Shown in pieces: positions 42,172-56,774 of a DNA stretch of 64,000 bases. Below the pieces are notes generated by a model. It was not told the origin of the DNA and did no database searches. It saw only the letters and a program-made list of their open reading frames with translations. This stretch comes from the human T2T-CHM13v2.0 reference genome, Homo sapiens. Position 1 is the stretch's first letter, and every line of letters starts with the position of its first letter. Both the position numbers and the translations under genes were made by a program. The stretch lies in the NCBI RefSeq assembly GCF_009914755.1, contig NC_060936.1; one strand, 5' to 3'.

Positions 42172-44990
42172 TTAACTTGCCCTGCCCTCATGAGGGCTCT
42201 GTCCAGCAAGCATCCCAGAGAGTCATAGCATCATTTAATTTCCCAAACTTTTATGGTTGAATCTCCCATTTTTATCTCATACCCCGGGTTTATCCCAGTT
42301 TCTGCTAGAAATTAAGATGCTCCCTACTTCTGAAACTGCCAGTTCTCTCTCTGGATGGTTTCTCTACCTCATCTGGAAAATGGAGATCATTCTAATACCA
42401 ACCTCACACACTTCAGGGGTCGTGTAAATAAATAAATTTAGCCCAATACATAGGCACATAGCATTATGTCAGTGTTAGTGTTAGAGCTTTATCACGCCCA
42501 TTTTGCAGACACATAGCCTGAGGCTGAGAAAGAAAACACAGCTTGCTTTGGGCTACGTAATGGTTGGTGGAATCAGACGCAGCCAGATGTGGGTCTTCAA
42601 AGCCTGAGCTTTGTCATCTCACCTCTGGAAGGGTAAATCTATGTTGTTTGTTGTCGTTTTTCCTTTAGCTGCTTGGGCCAATTCATAGAATGGATGCATT
42701 TATGCACACCTCATTTTAATCACAATTCTGATTAGAAGATCCCTTAGACATGGATTCATCCACACATGGGTAAGCCGAGGGAATGTATCCATCACTAGAA
42801 ATTAATGCTGTGTTCTACTGTGCCCTACATGAGAATCAGAATCATCAGGTCTAGCAGGTAACTGGGATGGGAGCACAAGGCAGGGATGCGAAGGAGACAT
42901 CCCATGTAAGGCACTTTCAGAAAACTGCTCTAAGTGCTTTTAAAGGCCATTACAGTGGCTACTCTTTCTTGAGTACCTACTATGTGCAAAGTACATTAAC
43001 ACAGTCTCATCAAATCTTCCAACAGCCATATGAGGGAAGTATTATCATGCACATTTTAGAGTGAGGAAACAGGTTCAGAGAAGTGAGGTGACTTGTGCAA
43101 AGTTGCAGTTACATGGTGGAGCCAAGATTGGAACTAAGGTCTGTCTCCAACTGCCCCAGGAATCAATGTCATAACTCTGACCTTCCTTCTTCTCTTAGGA
43201 TGTCCTATGGTTTACATAGCTGGTTCTTGATTGATTGATGCTTAAACGGGTTCTGGTTTTTCAGCAGGGCTGGGCATTTGCGCGACTCCAAGAATGGACC
43301 CTTCCTTAAAGTTTGGGCCTTCGGCACCTCTCTTGCCTCACCTGGTTCCACTCTTGTTTTGTTTTTTGTTTTTTTTTGTTTGTTTGTTTTTGTTTGTTTT
43401 TTTGAATAACAGGCAACATGTTGATTCAACAAGCATTTACTGAACACCTGCAATCTTAAATTAGACTCCCTTTCTAGAAAGAGCCTTAGAGCTTTAGGAT
43501 TCACATGAAGTCTTTTATGGAGGCTGTGTTTGCAGGAGAAACCCACGAGAGGTTAGGGAAGCAGGGCTGAGCAGGAGAAGAATCTGGGCAGACATGATTG
43601 TAACTAGAGTCCAGCCTCAGTCAGATCCCATAGGGAACTGTGGGGTGTTACTGGTCACACAGAGTTGCCCCCATCCCTGAGGCCAAGGGCTGGCTTTTTG
43701 TACCCCTGTATCAAACAGCATTGGCTGTGGGCCGCCTTAGGGGCTGCACGTGGCAAAACTTCCTACTCAATGGCAGCTCCCATTAGCAGAGCTCTGGTTC
43801 CTTCTCTGGGCAGCCTAGAGGAACAGTGAGGGACAGGTCCATGAGTAAAGAGATCTGAGTGGGATACCAGCAGCATCTACTATACCTACTATGTCTTGGG
43901 CACTGTTTGCCCTTGTGGTATTACCTACATCATCCAGAAGGGCTATCATTTGCCTAACATTTTAGACATGTGGTCAAACTGAATTCTCCCTACAATCCTA
44001 TGAGGCAGATACAGCCCATTTAACAGATGAGAAAGATAAGACTCAAGGAGATGTTGGTACCAGAGCTGAGAAAAACACAAAGCCCATCTTCTGTCTCTGA
44101 GTCCGGTCCGCAGGTCTGGGCAGCTCCCTGCTGTGCTGTCTGTCCTCTGCCTTTGAGAAGGTCAGCAGGGAGGTGGAGACCCAGCCAGCAGCAGGCAATA
44201 GCTGTAGCCGGGGATGGCTTTAATGGCCCTGGCATTGGCTGACATTTGGGTTTCACTCTCTGTGGGAAGTGCACTAATTACTCCTGTTCACTCAGAAGTC
44301 CAACTTAACTACTGCTTGGGTTTTATGGAGTGCTTTGGGGTTGCCATTTCTTCAGACCACGATGGTGACAGGGAGACTTGCCTCTTCCCGAGTCTCCAGT
44401 GGTGGCTCGCATGTGGACCATTTACAAGCCAGATGCTGGGGGAGCCTCCTTGATCTGTTCTCTCTGTGCCAGGCACATCATACACAGCTCTGTCACCCTC
44501 CCAACCATCCTAGGAGGTAGGTTCAACAAATCCACCCCATTTGGCAGATGAAAAGACTGAGGTCCAGGGAGGGTAAATGGTTGCCCCAGCTCCCTGAGCT
44601 AGGAAGTCTGACGTCGGAGCCTGGATGGTCTCGACATCATGGTCTCAGCCTTTCTGACGGCCCTCAGCTCCCACAGGGAGAACTCTTCTCATTACCTGTG
44701 CTAGGTCTGCAAGGAAGATACTGAGAGCCCCACTTGGTAGGTGGGAAACTGAGTCAAGAAGCCATAGAGCAAAGAGGTGAAAAGCACAGGCCACGATGAA
44801 GTTAGACTATCTGGTTGGTAGCCTAGCCTCCTTACACACCAGCTGTGTAATGTTGTGCACCTCTCTGGACCTCTGTTTTTCATCTGTTGGGAGAATGAAC
44901 TGTAAGGACAACAAACGGAGAATGGAAAGTTCTTGGCACATGCTGGCGATTGCTAGGGTAATGAGTCCAGGGTGAGTTTGGGGCACTACT

Positions 44991-45316
<326 letters not shown>

Positions 45317-45971
45317 TGGGGCACTACTTTATGTCCCCACCTCTCCCGCTCTATGCTCTACCTGACCCCCACCTTAGTTCCTGGGTCTTTGCCCCAAAAA
45401 GCAACTGCTCTTAAGAAACTCTCTCACTTCAACAAGTGTCCTGAGTTCCTGTGACTGGGGACTGCCAAGATTTCTGCCTTTGGGGAAAAATATCATGCAG
45501 GGAACAGATACAGGAGTTGCTTCCAGGGAAAAGGGGGAGGGGTTTCTCAGTCTCGTGTTAGAGACATGCTAGTTTCTCATCACATGTTAGACAAGAAGGA
45601 ATTGCTTTATCCAATGGTCCCCTCCCCATGCCCCATTTTATAGGTGGGGAAACTGAAATGGCATCAACAAATATTCACTGATGAATGAATGAATGAATGA
45701 TTGAATGAATGAATGAATTAGTCACACATGAAAACAGGAGGCAACACCTGCCAAGCCCTAGGCCAAAGGCTGGGATCTGGCAGTGAGCAGAGCTGCCTGG
45801 TAAGGTGACTCAGCCTGTGTTCTGCAGACCTTTGTGGATGCTGGTCACTGGTCACAAGGTGGCAGGTGCCTCCAGAGTGGCCCTAGGTCTAGGACACAGT
45901 CTTTGCTCCCAAGGAGTCCATGAATGGCTAGTAGAGACAAAAGACGACCATTCCACGTGATAAATGAAATA

Positions 45972-46319
45972 CAGTTGGCTCTCCATATATCCATGGTTTC
46001 ACATCTGTGGATTCACCCAACCTTGGATAAAGAATATTTAAAAAAAATAACAAATGCCAATATACAATTTTAAAAATGCAAAAAATATGGTATAACAAGC
46101 ATTTACAGAGTGTTTACATTGCATCAGGTATTATATGTAATCTAGAGACAATTTAAAGTATGAGGAGGATGTGTGTAAGTTACATGAAAATACTATTCCA
46201 TATAGTATATGCCTTATATCAAGGACTTGAGCATTCATGGATTTTGATATCTCTGTGTGTGGTGGGAGAGGGGTGGGTGTCCTTGAATGAATTCCCCATG
46301 GATACTGAGGGACAATTAC
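45972..46319. mobile_element. MER2-like Tigger derivative
   Basis: cagttggctctcc...ggatactgagggacaat termini; ggaggatgtgtgtaagttacatg core. Confidence 0.75.
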
Positions 46320-47349
46320 AATAACGGTAGGAGGAAGCACCCATTACATGCAGGGCACCACTCTAGGTATCAGTTGCATCTTCTCAGTAACTCTCAAAGA
46401 CGGTGTTACCATTCCCATTGCATAGATGAGGAAATGGAGGCTCAGAGATGTTAGGTAATATGCCCGAAGTCACACAGGACACAGTTGATATGGAATCCAA
46501 ACCCAATCTCTTTAGGTCCAGAACTGCGTGGCTGGGACTGGGGACTGCCCACCTCTTCCCTCTGCCCTTGAGGGGAAATAAGTCTCTGAAGAGGCAGGAA
46601 TGTGAGCCAGCTGAGGTTTCAGCTCTGGAATGTGGTACCCGGATGGGCAGCAGTCAAAGCAAAGCCCATCCAAGCCAGAAGCTTCTTAGCAAACTCCCTC
46701 CTCCTCCCCATCTCCTCCTGGGACGGGATTCAAACTGAGCTTAGCCCCTTTGTGTTCCGTCTGGAAAGCAGATATCCTGCCCCCATGGGGGCTCCGGCTT
46801 CCATCCCACCCCCTACCTTTCCCCAGATTCCAGTGGCTTTCAGTGCCCCACCAGGCCTTCTAGACAACTGACAGTTTACACCGCCCCACGCTTTCCCCTG
46901 TGGTCAGCGCCAGGCAGCGGTAACAGGATTAACAACCCCATGGAGGCAGGTCACTTAATTAAACTTTGGGAGGAAGAAGGCCGTCTCCTCATCACAGCTC
47001 TAGGGGAAGGGGAGGGGGCTTCTAATGGGCCAAGTTGAGGGGTTGTGTCCCCCTGCAGTTAATACTGGCTCAACCAGTGGCCGAGAACATCCACCCATTA
47101 TCTTCTACCTGTACATCTGTCCAACAGTCACTGAGAGCCTCACCTGTGCCCTGGCATGTGTTATCACTAGGGATAAATCAGTGGTGGACCCAACTGGCTT
47201 TCCTCTATCAACTCTTCCCACCTTTTGCCACCCCGTAGTTCATTCCTCACACAGCAGCCAGAGAGATCTGTATGAACCGTAGTGGGTGGTGTATCTGCCC
47301 TGCTTAAAACCTTCCATGCCTTCTGTGGCTCCAGCTCTCCCCCATCTCC

Positions 47350-47840
47350 ATGTTCTCCCCTTGACATGTGACTTACACTCCACTTTTTGATGGGAGGAGG
47401 AGGTGGGGCAGTTTCCCCACCCCTTGAACCTGGGCTGGACTTGGTTTGACAAATAGAATTTTGCAGAAGTGACATTGTGACAATCCCAAGACCTTGTGGC
47501 TTCCATGCTCTCTTACTAGTAGCCCTGCTTCCACTTTGAGAATAAGCCTAGGCTGGAGGATGAGTGATCACATGGGTGAGAGCCAAGTCCACCCAGCAGT
47601 GCCATTCTAAACCCACTGCCAGGAAGCTGACCCTCAAACAAGTGGGAAAGGCCAGCCTAGATCAGCAGAGCCACCTATGTGACCCCTAGCTGACCACAGA
47701 AGCATGACAGGGCCCAGACAAAGCCAGAAGGACTATGACACCTAGACTCATGAACTAATACTTAATGCTTATTGTTTTAAGCCACGGAATGTTGGGGTAA
47801 TTTGTTTTGCAGCATTATTGTAGCACTCACTGACTGAGAC
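47350..47840 (+). mobile_element. MLT1-type LTR
   Basis: 3' end tgttttaagccacggaatgttggggtaatttg...tgactgagaca. Confidence 0.65.
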
Positions 47841-48376
47841 AGTCTCCCTTTACTTTTTGTATTAAAGCCAACCTCCCCCTTGATCTCAGCTCTTCCCACT
47901 CCTCCCCTCTCTCACTCTCGCCCCCTCACTCACTTTGCCCAGTCACAGTTTTTTTTGCATTCATTTTCTTATAAGAATCTCCCTTTTTCCTGCTTCCTGG
48001 TCTCCCTGACCATCCATTCTGGCACATGATAGGTCCTCAATAAATATTTGTTGAGTGAATGAATGAATGAATGAATGAGTTGATAAATGAACAGACACCA
48101 TTACTCATTGTTCTCATGGGGTTTATCACCCAGTGGAGGAGATGATGTTACCAGATCACAAACAACCTGGCACGAAGGAGTGTGTCTAAGGAGGGAAAAG
48201 TCAGGCTATAGAGAAAGGCTTCCCCAGGAAAGGACATCAGAGCTGGGATCTGAAGGATGAGTAAACACCAATTAGGTAAAATGGGCAGGGAAGGGTATTT
48301 CAAGAAAAGAGAACAGCAGGTGCCAAGGCCCTAAGACAGGAGGGGGTGTAACAAAGTCAAAGAAATGAAGAGAAGC

Positions 48377-48868
<492 letters not shown>

Positions 48869-49063
48869 TCATTAGTATTTTCCCACTCTTTCTCTTATGA
48901 GAAATAGGGGACCTGAATTACTAGAAAGCAGAAGATCCTAGGGTTTAGCTAACTACCCTCAAAACTTCTCCCAGGATTTGCTAGACCCAATTTCTTCCAT
49001 TTGGGCTCAAATCTTCCAGACAAGGCCATCAGAAGCCCAAGTTGGAGCCAGTAACCTCGGAAG

Positions 49064-49305
49064 CTCCCATTTATGGGACTCATAGCAACTCCCATTTATG
49101 GGGCTCATAGTATTGTGGTAAGGATTTTACAAACACTTTTATCTCAGACTTCAGGACTTTCCTGGTCATAAAATAAACTAACACTAAAGCAGCTATTTTC
49201 TTTCTTCTTATGGGGCCTGAATGGCAATTAGCTTTTATCACAAAAGCAACTCTATTTGATTTAATGGCCACCTAAGGTGGGAAAGATTGTCTTGATTGAT
49301 TAGTA
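49064..49305. promoter_or_regulatory. Tandem CArG boxes with HOX/PBX/FOX motifs
   Basis: CCATTTATGG at 49067-49076 and 49092-49101; GTCATAAA 49165-49172; AAATAAAC 49171-49178; TGATTTAATGG 49257-49267; TGATTGAT 49293-49300. Confidence 0.45.
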
Positions 49306-49759
49306 ATGTCTGCCTTGGTACCGGAAGGGAACTTGCATAACGTGTGCTCCGCATTTGCCATTTTGCTTTAGGTAGCGCCCTAGTAGTTCCTCAAAATCTC
49401 AGCTTGGTATGTGAGCCAACTCTTGAAGGTCAACTCTGCACTGACCAGCCAGGGAAAGAGTAAAGTCATTCCCACCAGGGAAAACTTCAAGGAACAAGTT
49501 TTCGGAGGGCCACAGGGCAGGACGGTGGGGCAGCAGGGAGTGACAGGAGGCATGCACTTGGAAGGGCAAGTCCAGGACAGGTCAGGGAGGGAGGACATCC
49601 AGGGCTGGCTTAAGGAAATGGCTGGGAAACTGATTCAGCTTTTGGAATTGCTTGTGTTTTCCTGCAATCCTGATGCTCATACACACAACTGAGGTAATTT
49701 CAGCTTGACAGAGTGCTGATCTGGGTGGGTTTCTCATGCTATGGTTTTGTTCCATTAGA

Positions 49760-49985
49760 CCAGGGGTCAACAAACTGTGACCCATGGGCCAATCTGGCCT
49801 GTGGCTTGTTTTTGTAAATATGTGTTATGGGAACACAGTCACACCATTTGTTTACGTACCGTTTATGGCTGCTTTACTCAACTCTGCTACAATGACAGAG
49901 TTGAGTCATTGCAGCAAAGACCATCTGGCCTGCAAAACGGAAAATACTATCTAGCCCTTTATCGAAAGAGTTTGGAGAACCTCCA
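49760..49985. mobile_element. MER58A-like hAT element
   Basis: caggggtcaacaaact...ttgtttttgtaaa...atggctgcttt...acagagttgagt. Confidence 0.8.
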
Positions 49986-52882
49986 GTCATCACTATACTA
50001 GGCAGGTCACACACAGTATTGCTAATCCTCCCAGCAACCCTGTGAGATATTACAACCTGCTCTTTGCAGATGGGGAAACTGAGGCCCAACGAAGTAAAGT
50101 GACTTGCCAAGGGTCACACCATGGGTGATAGATCTAGGACTCTAACCAGATTTTTTGATGATAAATTCTGCTTCTTTTTTTTTTTTTTTCAACCTCTCAC
50201 TTTAAAAGCTCTTAAGAGCTTTTTATACACATGAGAAATGGCAACTCCAAGGCATTACCCACTGTCAATTTGGGGCAGCGAGAATATGGGTGGCGGTTGG
50301 TAGTTCCTTTGTCATTTTCTGTTATTTCTCTTATTACTACTATTGAGTGATTACAAGGTGCCAGACACTTTATCTATCATTCTCAGTTTGTCCTCACAAT
50401 AGTGCTATGAGATATGGTGCATTATTGTCCCCAGATTACAAATGGGGAAACTGAGGCACAGACAGGGGTTGCAATTTTCCCAGGTCCTCTTAGGACGGCA
50501 CTGGGATTTGAACCCTGGCTTGTTCTGGTCTTTGCCTGCAGGCTTCGTCTGTCTTTGGAGAACATCGATCCTGTTCCTCCCATACTTTTGTTTTCATGGT
50601 CCAGATTCTCCGAAATGTTCCCATATGTTATCTCCTATGTGTGTTGTGCGGGAAGGGGTGCAGGTGGTGAGTGCAGGAGGGCTTTATTATCCCTGTTTTC
50701 TTAATGGGGAAACTGAGGCCCAGAGGGGGGAAGTGGGCCTGAGTAGCTGGGACAGGAGGGCAGGGCTCCATGTGTGGCTCGGTCCTTCCTCCCGCCCTTC
50801 GATCAGAGCTAAGCGCCATCCTCTCCCCTCCCTCCCGCGGCCCCCCTCCTCCAGACTCATCCCCCACAGGGAGAGCCGAGGAGGACAGTGATGGATTTGG
50901 GCCAGCCTTCATTTTCATTCTCGATCCCTGCATCTCGCGCTCGCTCTCCCTCCCTCTCCACTTCTCCTCCTGCAGACGGATGACAAGTGAGAATGTCTGT
51001 GACCCAGAGAAATTATCTTCCCTTCTCTTTCACCGCATAATTTTCTGCCCTCTCGTCTGGACAAGCCTGGGTGATTTTTAGCTACAAAAAAGGGGGAAAA
51101 TTATCATTCAGGAAAAAAAAAATAGAAGGAGGCTCCTAGCCATCCAACAGACAGGCTGTCTTCTGGGTGAAAATGAGAATCTCCTGTCTTGTGAACTCGG
51201 TGGGGGACTTTGCAGGGGGTGTTCACACCGCAGGATGACTGTGAGCACCCCGGAGGGCCAGGCCCATGCCCCAGCACATTCTAGAGGCTTGAGGCCCCTG
51301 CAGATTTTTCTGGGAGTACCCCAATGTCTACCACATGTGGGTGTACACCTGGAGGATTTCATGGGGGAGGCAGCACAGTCATGAGGCCCCTGTGATTCCC
51401 TTGCATCACCTCACTCTCCAGCCCTGTGCCTAGGACCTGGCAACTTTTCCCCAGCCTGTGGCTTTCTGGAAGTTTCTTTCTCCCTCCCCACCAATCACAT
51501 ACACCTGCATGCCCAGACACTACGCTACATGCTCGGGGCCTGCTCCACAGGTCAACATACTAAGTCTTATTATTTCTAAAAAAAAAATCTCTATTTTATT
51601 TTTCTGATTTAAAATTTCAAACATTACAAGAAAAGGTTTAGCAAGTAAAGGTCCATCTTTTTTCTCAACCCTTTTAGGATAACCACTGCTAATGGGTTGG
51701 TATCTGTTTTGCCAGACTTTCCCATGCAAACATCATGATTATAAAAAGGTACACACACATGCATATGCACACGCACGTGCACACACACACACACACACAC
51801 GATTCACTGAGTTCCTCACTCAGCACTGCCATTTTCTGTGTGACCTTACGCAGGTTGCTGAACCTCTCTGAATCTGCTTCCTCATCTGTAAAACAGAAAC
51901 AGTTATAGATTGTAGGTTGTAGGGAAAACTGAATAAATTAACACGTGTAATGTGCTTAGAACAGTGCTGAGTACATAGAAAGGATAGAGGAAGAGCACTG
52001 GAATACACTCTTCCCAGACCCAGCACTTTAATCAGCCTAGCCTCTCTTTGTTTTACATATTGTGAATTGTTTAGGAAAATAGGTTTTCCTGCTTAACACA
52101 GCACACACACACACACATACACACACATTAGTTGTAAAGCTGCTAGCACTGGGGCTGAGCAAGGCTGTGGTTAGCAGACTAAGCTGGTGTACTCCCACTG
52201 TGTGACCTTGGATGAGTGACTTTACCTATCTGGGTCCCAGTTTTGCCATCTATAAAATGGGAATAATAATAGCATGGAGGGCTCTTGTGAGGAGTAACTT
52301 AGGTAAAGTGTGTAAAATAGACAGCAGTGCCTGACATACCATAAAGATTGCCCCCAAATAGTAGCTGTTGTTGTTATGAATTAGCTATGAACATGACTTT
52401 GCATTGAATGGATTAGAGGGGGTGTGTACTTATTCAGGGCCTAGAAGCAACTATGACCTCCCTCTTTCCCAACCCCTACTGTCACTTTGGGGTCAGAGAT
52501 GGGCCTCATAGGGTTAGTGAAACCTCTGGAATTATGCGCATGCACACCGCTTTTGCATCCACTAAAAACCGTTTTCTTCTCAGGCAAAGATCTTTCTCTT
52601 TCATCAGATACTCAAAGTGGTCATTAACCCAAGAGAGTTAAGAACCCCTGAGGCTTAACACAGGCTCTCTGCTTCCTGCAAAGATCTGCTTTTCTGCTAA
52701 GGAGAAGCCAGAGTTTGAATCTCTAAGCAGTGTTCTGAGGACTCTTGATGGTCCCAGAAATCCTTCCAGGGAACCTGGGGGCCTCTCCCTTTCCCACCTC
52801 ATATTTTTGTACAACTAGATTTTCTTCATATGCCTCAAGCAAAACAACAGGTCGCAAAAGTGGGTTTAAGAATCCAGGTGTT

Positions 52883-53208
52883 TCTGGGAGCGGTGGCTCA
52901 TGCCTGTAACCTGAACACTTCGGGAGGCCGAGACAGGTGGATCACTTCAGCTCAGGAGTTCAAGACCAGCCTGGGCAACACGGTAAGAACTTGTCTCTAC
53001 TAAAAATACAAAAAATTAGCCAGGTGTGGTGGCGTGTGCCTGTGGTCCCAGCTACTCAGAAGGCTGTAGTGGGAGGATCACTTGAGCCTGGGGGCGGAGG
53101 TTGCAGTGAGTAAGCTGAGATCATGCCACTGCACTCCAACCTGGGTGACAGAGTGAGATCCTGTCTCCAAAAAAAAAAAAAAGAAAGAAAAAGAAAAAGA
53201 AGAAAAAG
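52883..53208 (+). mobile_element. Alu
   Basis: TSD aagaa(t/c)ccaggtgttt. Confidence 0.93.
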
Positions 53209-53259
53209 AACCCAGGTGTTTTCTATTAAGTCAGACATTTGCAAAAATGTAGAACAATG

Positions 53260-53490
53260 CCACTCTGCAACCTCCGCCTCCTGGGTTCAAGCAATTCTCC
53301 TGCCTCAGCCTCCTGAGTAGCTGAGATTATAGGTGCGCACCACCACGTCTGGCTAATTTTTTGTATTTTTAGTAGAGATGGGGTTTCACCACGTTGGCCA
53401 GGATGGTCTCAAACTCCTAACCTCAGGTAATCTGCCCACCTCGGCCTCCCAAAGTGCTGGGATTACAGGTGTGAGCCACCGTGCCTGGCC
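53260..53490 (-). mobile_element. 3'-truncated Alu (S-type)
   Basis: Reverse Alu lacking its tail end. Confidence 0.92.
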
Positions 53491-55451
53491 CTCCTCATTA
53501 AATTTTTATTTTTAGAAAATTATTTGCTTTCTATAAATATGTTATATGTTAGTATATAATGACTTTATAATTATTATTTTAAAAATTAAGCCTTTTAAAT
53601 GTCTCAGTTTTAATTTCTAAAACAGTAAATATGGATACACATAGCTTACATAAATAAAAGCTCTTTGAGATCCTCAATATTTTATGAGTGTAAAAGTGTC
53701 CTGAAACCCCAAAAGTTTGAGAACTGCTGTTCTTTGGAAACCTACCTGGTTGTGATAGAAGGAGCTGTGACACATCCAGCTCTAACCCAGGGCTTTGGCT
53801 ATGGGGCATTCTGGGAGATGTGGTAGGCAAGGCAGGCTAGTGGCAGAAAAAGGGGTGGATTAAGGATCAGGCCAGCTGAACAGTAGCCAGAAACAGCCAC
53901 CCGTAAGGGTCATAAAATCAGCAATGGATGTGTAATAATATGGAGAAAATAGTGTTTTGTCCAATTCCTCTCAGGAGAGTCTTGTATGAGGCTGTTACAG
54001 GGATAAGTAGTGAGATCCCCAAGAGGCTTTCTCAAGTAACAGTGATGATTGCTAAACTGCCCTGTAAGGACTGTGTACCTAGTAACTAACTGCAAGGCCA
54101 TTCTTTGCTGAAGAGGTTATGCAAGTTTGGGTCCAGAACGGAATTGCTGCAGTTCCTGGAGGAGAGGCTGAACTTTGCCACCAGAGGACACTCTTTCTCG
54201 CCATCTCCCCTAGAAGCTCTCTGCTACCCCTTAAAACAGTGCAGAGCAAATACCTTTACTGGCTTTTACTTGAAGGGGCAGCAAGTTATTGGTTATACTG
54301 GGCAGAAAATGTGGGCTGATTGTAAAGAAGGAGCAAATGGAGAAGCAGGTGAAATCAGCAAAGAGGCAAATCAGGACTCCTGGGCAGGAAAGGGCTCCCT
54401 TATTCATCAAGAGTGAGTTTGTGGATCACTCTGTAAGACTCAAGACCCAAGGTGAAAACATGAACTCTCCCGTTAGGAAATGATGCTTGCTGAGAAATAT
54501 CCTCAGGGGCCACAAGTAAGGTGAAAATCCCAAATCTGCTCGGAAAGGAGGCTGGAGATAGGAAAGGAGTTTCCTTGACCAACTAGCATGGATCATTTAA
54601 TATGGAATGCTTTATCTTTAAGAAATAGATTCAAAAAATTCAAACCCAAGGCTGACTCACACAGAACCTGGCTGTCTTTGCAGGTTGGAGGTGAATAATC
54701 AAGATACCTGTCTGCCTTGTTAAAGAGGCTAAAATTCTTCTCCTTCCCTTCTGTCCCTAGTTTTCCCTGAACAAGCAGTGCAGTTACTGCCCACCTGAGG
54801 AAGTTCTGAATGCTCTTAAAAATGTTCTGGAATGCAGCTGTGAAGCCAGAGGTATTTCTTTCACAGATAAGCTCCGGGGCAGTTAGCCACAAGAGGGGCA
54901 AGTCATGCCAGGCTCTGCCAATGGGAAGGGCACAGGTTTTGGGATTGGGGGAGCTGTGGATGACTCCCAACTCTCAAATCTTACTTCTAGAACATCCCAG
55001 AACATTCCTGTGGTATGTTCTTGGTTCTGTCACTGAATCTCCATCAGCCAGGGTTCTGGGAGGGATGAAATGCTAATTGAGGGGGAGTTAAAGGAACAAA
55101 TGTGTGGATGAGGTTAAGAGACATCAGAAAGGGGAGTGAAGCTACTTGGGACTGGCAGCAGTGAGGAGCCATTACACCTTGTTCCTATAAGGCAAGGTGA
55201 AGCAGAAGCTACTAGTGGTCCCCAGGGAGCTCATGATTTATTAATAGGGTCAATTTCACCCCGAAAAGGGGCAAAAATTGATTATTGGGAGGTGAAACAA
55301 ATCTTACTCTGTATGTAGAAAGCAGAAATATACATACAGCACATAAACAGCAACACAGTATATCTGCAGTATTGTAATTTCATGGGGAGGATGAGTGATT
55401 AGAAAAAAGTCTAGAAAGTCTTCTTAGAGGGATGATCATTTTTAAAAAGCT

Positions 55452-55727
55452 TGGCTGAGTGTAGTGGCTCACACTTGTAATCCCAGCACTTTGGGAGACT
55501 GAGGCAGGCAGATTGCTTGAGCCCAGGAGTTTGAGACCAGCTGGGAAACAGGGAAACCCCCATCTCTGCAAAAAATAGAAAAATTAGCTGGGTGTGATGT
55601 CGCATGCCTGTGGTCTCAGCTACTCAGGAGGCTGAGGTGGGAGGATCACCGGAGCCCAGGAGGTCAAGGCTGCAGTGAGCTGTGATTGTGCCACTGTACT
55701 CCAGCCTGGGCAACAGAGTGAGACCCT
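55452..55727 (+). mobile_element. Alu (J-type)
   Basis: Alu consensus running into the GA tract. Confidence 0.93.
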
Positions 55728-56197
55728 GTGAAAGAAAGAAAGAAAGAAAGGAAAAGAAAGAAAGAAAGAGAAGGAAAGAAAGAAAGGAAGAGAGAGAAAG
55801 AGAAAGAAAGGAGAGAGAAAGAAGGAGAGAAAGAAATACAGAAAGAGAAAGAAAGAAGAAAGAAAGAAAGAGAGAGAAAGGAAGGAAGGAATGGGAAAGA
55901 AAGGAAGGAAGGAGGGAGAAAGAAGGAAAGAAAGAGAAAGAAAAAAGAGAAAAAAGAGAAAGAGGAGAAAGAAGGAAAGAAATACAGAAAGAGAAAGAAA
56001 GAAGAGAGAAAGGAGAAAGAAAGAAGAAAGAAAGAAAGAGAAAGAAAGGAAGGAAGGGGAAAGAAAGAAAGAGAGAAAGAAAGAAGAAAGAGAGAAATAA
56101 GGAAAGAAAGAAATACAGAAAGAGAAAGAAAGAAACAAAAAGAAAAAGAAAAGGAAAGAAAGGAAGGAAGGAAAGGAAAGGAAGGAAGGAAAGAAGG
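55728..56197. repeat. ~470-bp expanded GA-rich Alu tail
   Basis: Almost pure A/G (gaaa, gaag units). Confidence 0.95.
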
Positions 56198-56774
56198 CCA
56201 GCCTCAGCCTCCCAAAGTGCTGGGATTACACGTGTGAGTCACCACGCCAGGCAAGGCATGGATGTTTTCCAAAAACTCCCTAGGGGATCTTGATATTTAT
56301 CTAGGTCCGGTCTGAATCATATGATATGCTTTATAACTATTATCTACCCATACATGTGTACATTTCTATCCTTCCTATGTTTTTTAAACTGAGGTATAAA
56401 TTAGATAATGTACACATGTTGATGAATTTTGATCTAGGTATACACTGTGTACCTATCACCCAGATTAAAATATAGAACGTTTCTCTTCCCCAAAGGTCAT
56501 TGCTATCCTGTTACCACCTTCAGTTTTGCACGTTCTTGAACTTCAGGCCAGTGCTGCTGTGGATGCCAGTGGTTTCTTTTTCACTGCTGAGCTGTATTCT
56601 GTTGTGTGGATATACCACAATTTTATTATCCATCCTCTGTTGACAGGGTTGTTTCCAGTCTTTCACTACTGCAAATAATGCTGCTATGGACATTTGTATA
56701 TAGATCCTTTGTCTATATTCTTATTTTAATGACATTTTATTCCTTTCTCCTTTCATGTTATACTCCATGTCCAA

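Larger units (their letters stand above)
52728..53730. mobile_element. Charlie-family DNA transposon remnant carrying two Alus
   Basis: cagtgttct...gagaactgctg ends; ctattaagtcagacatttgcaaaaatgtagaacaatgccact core. Confidence 0.6.

Noticed and set aside
55620-56293. 169-203 aa K/R/E-rich or F/L/S-rich ORFs
   Set aside because: Translation of the GA-rich Alu tail.
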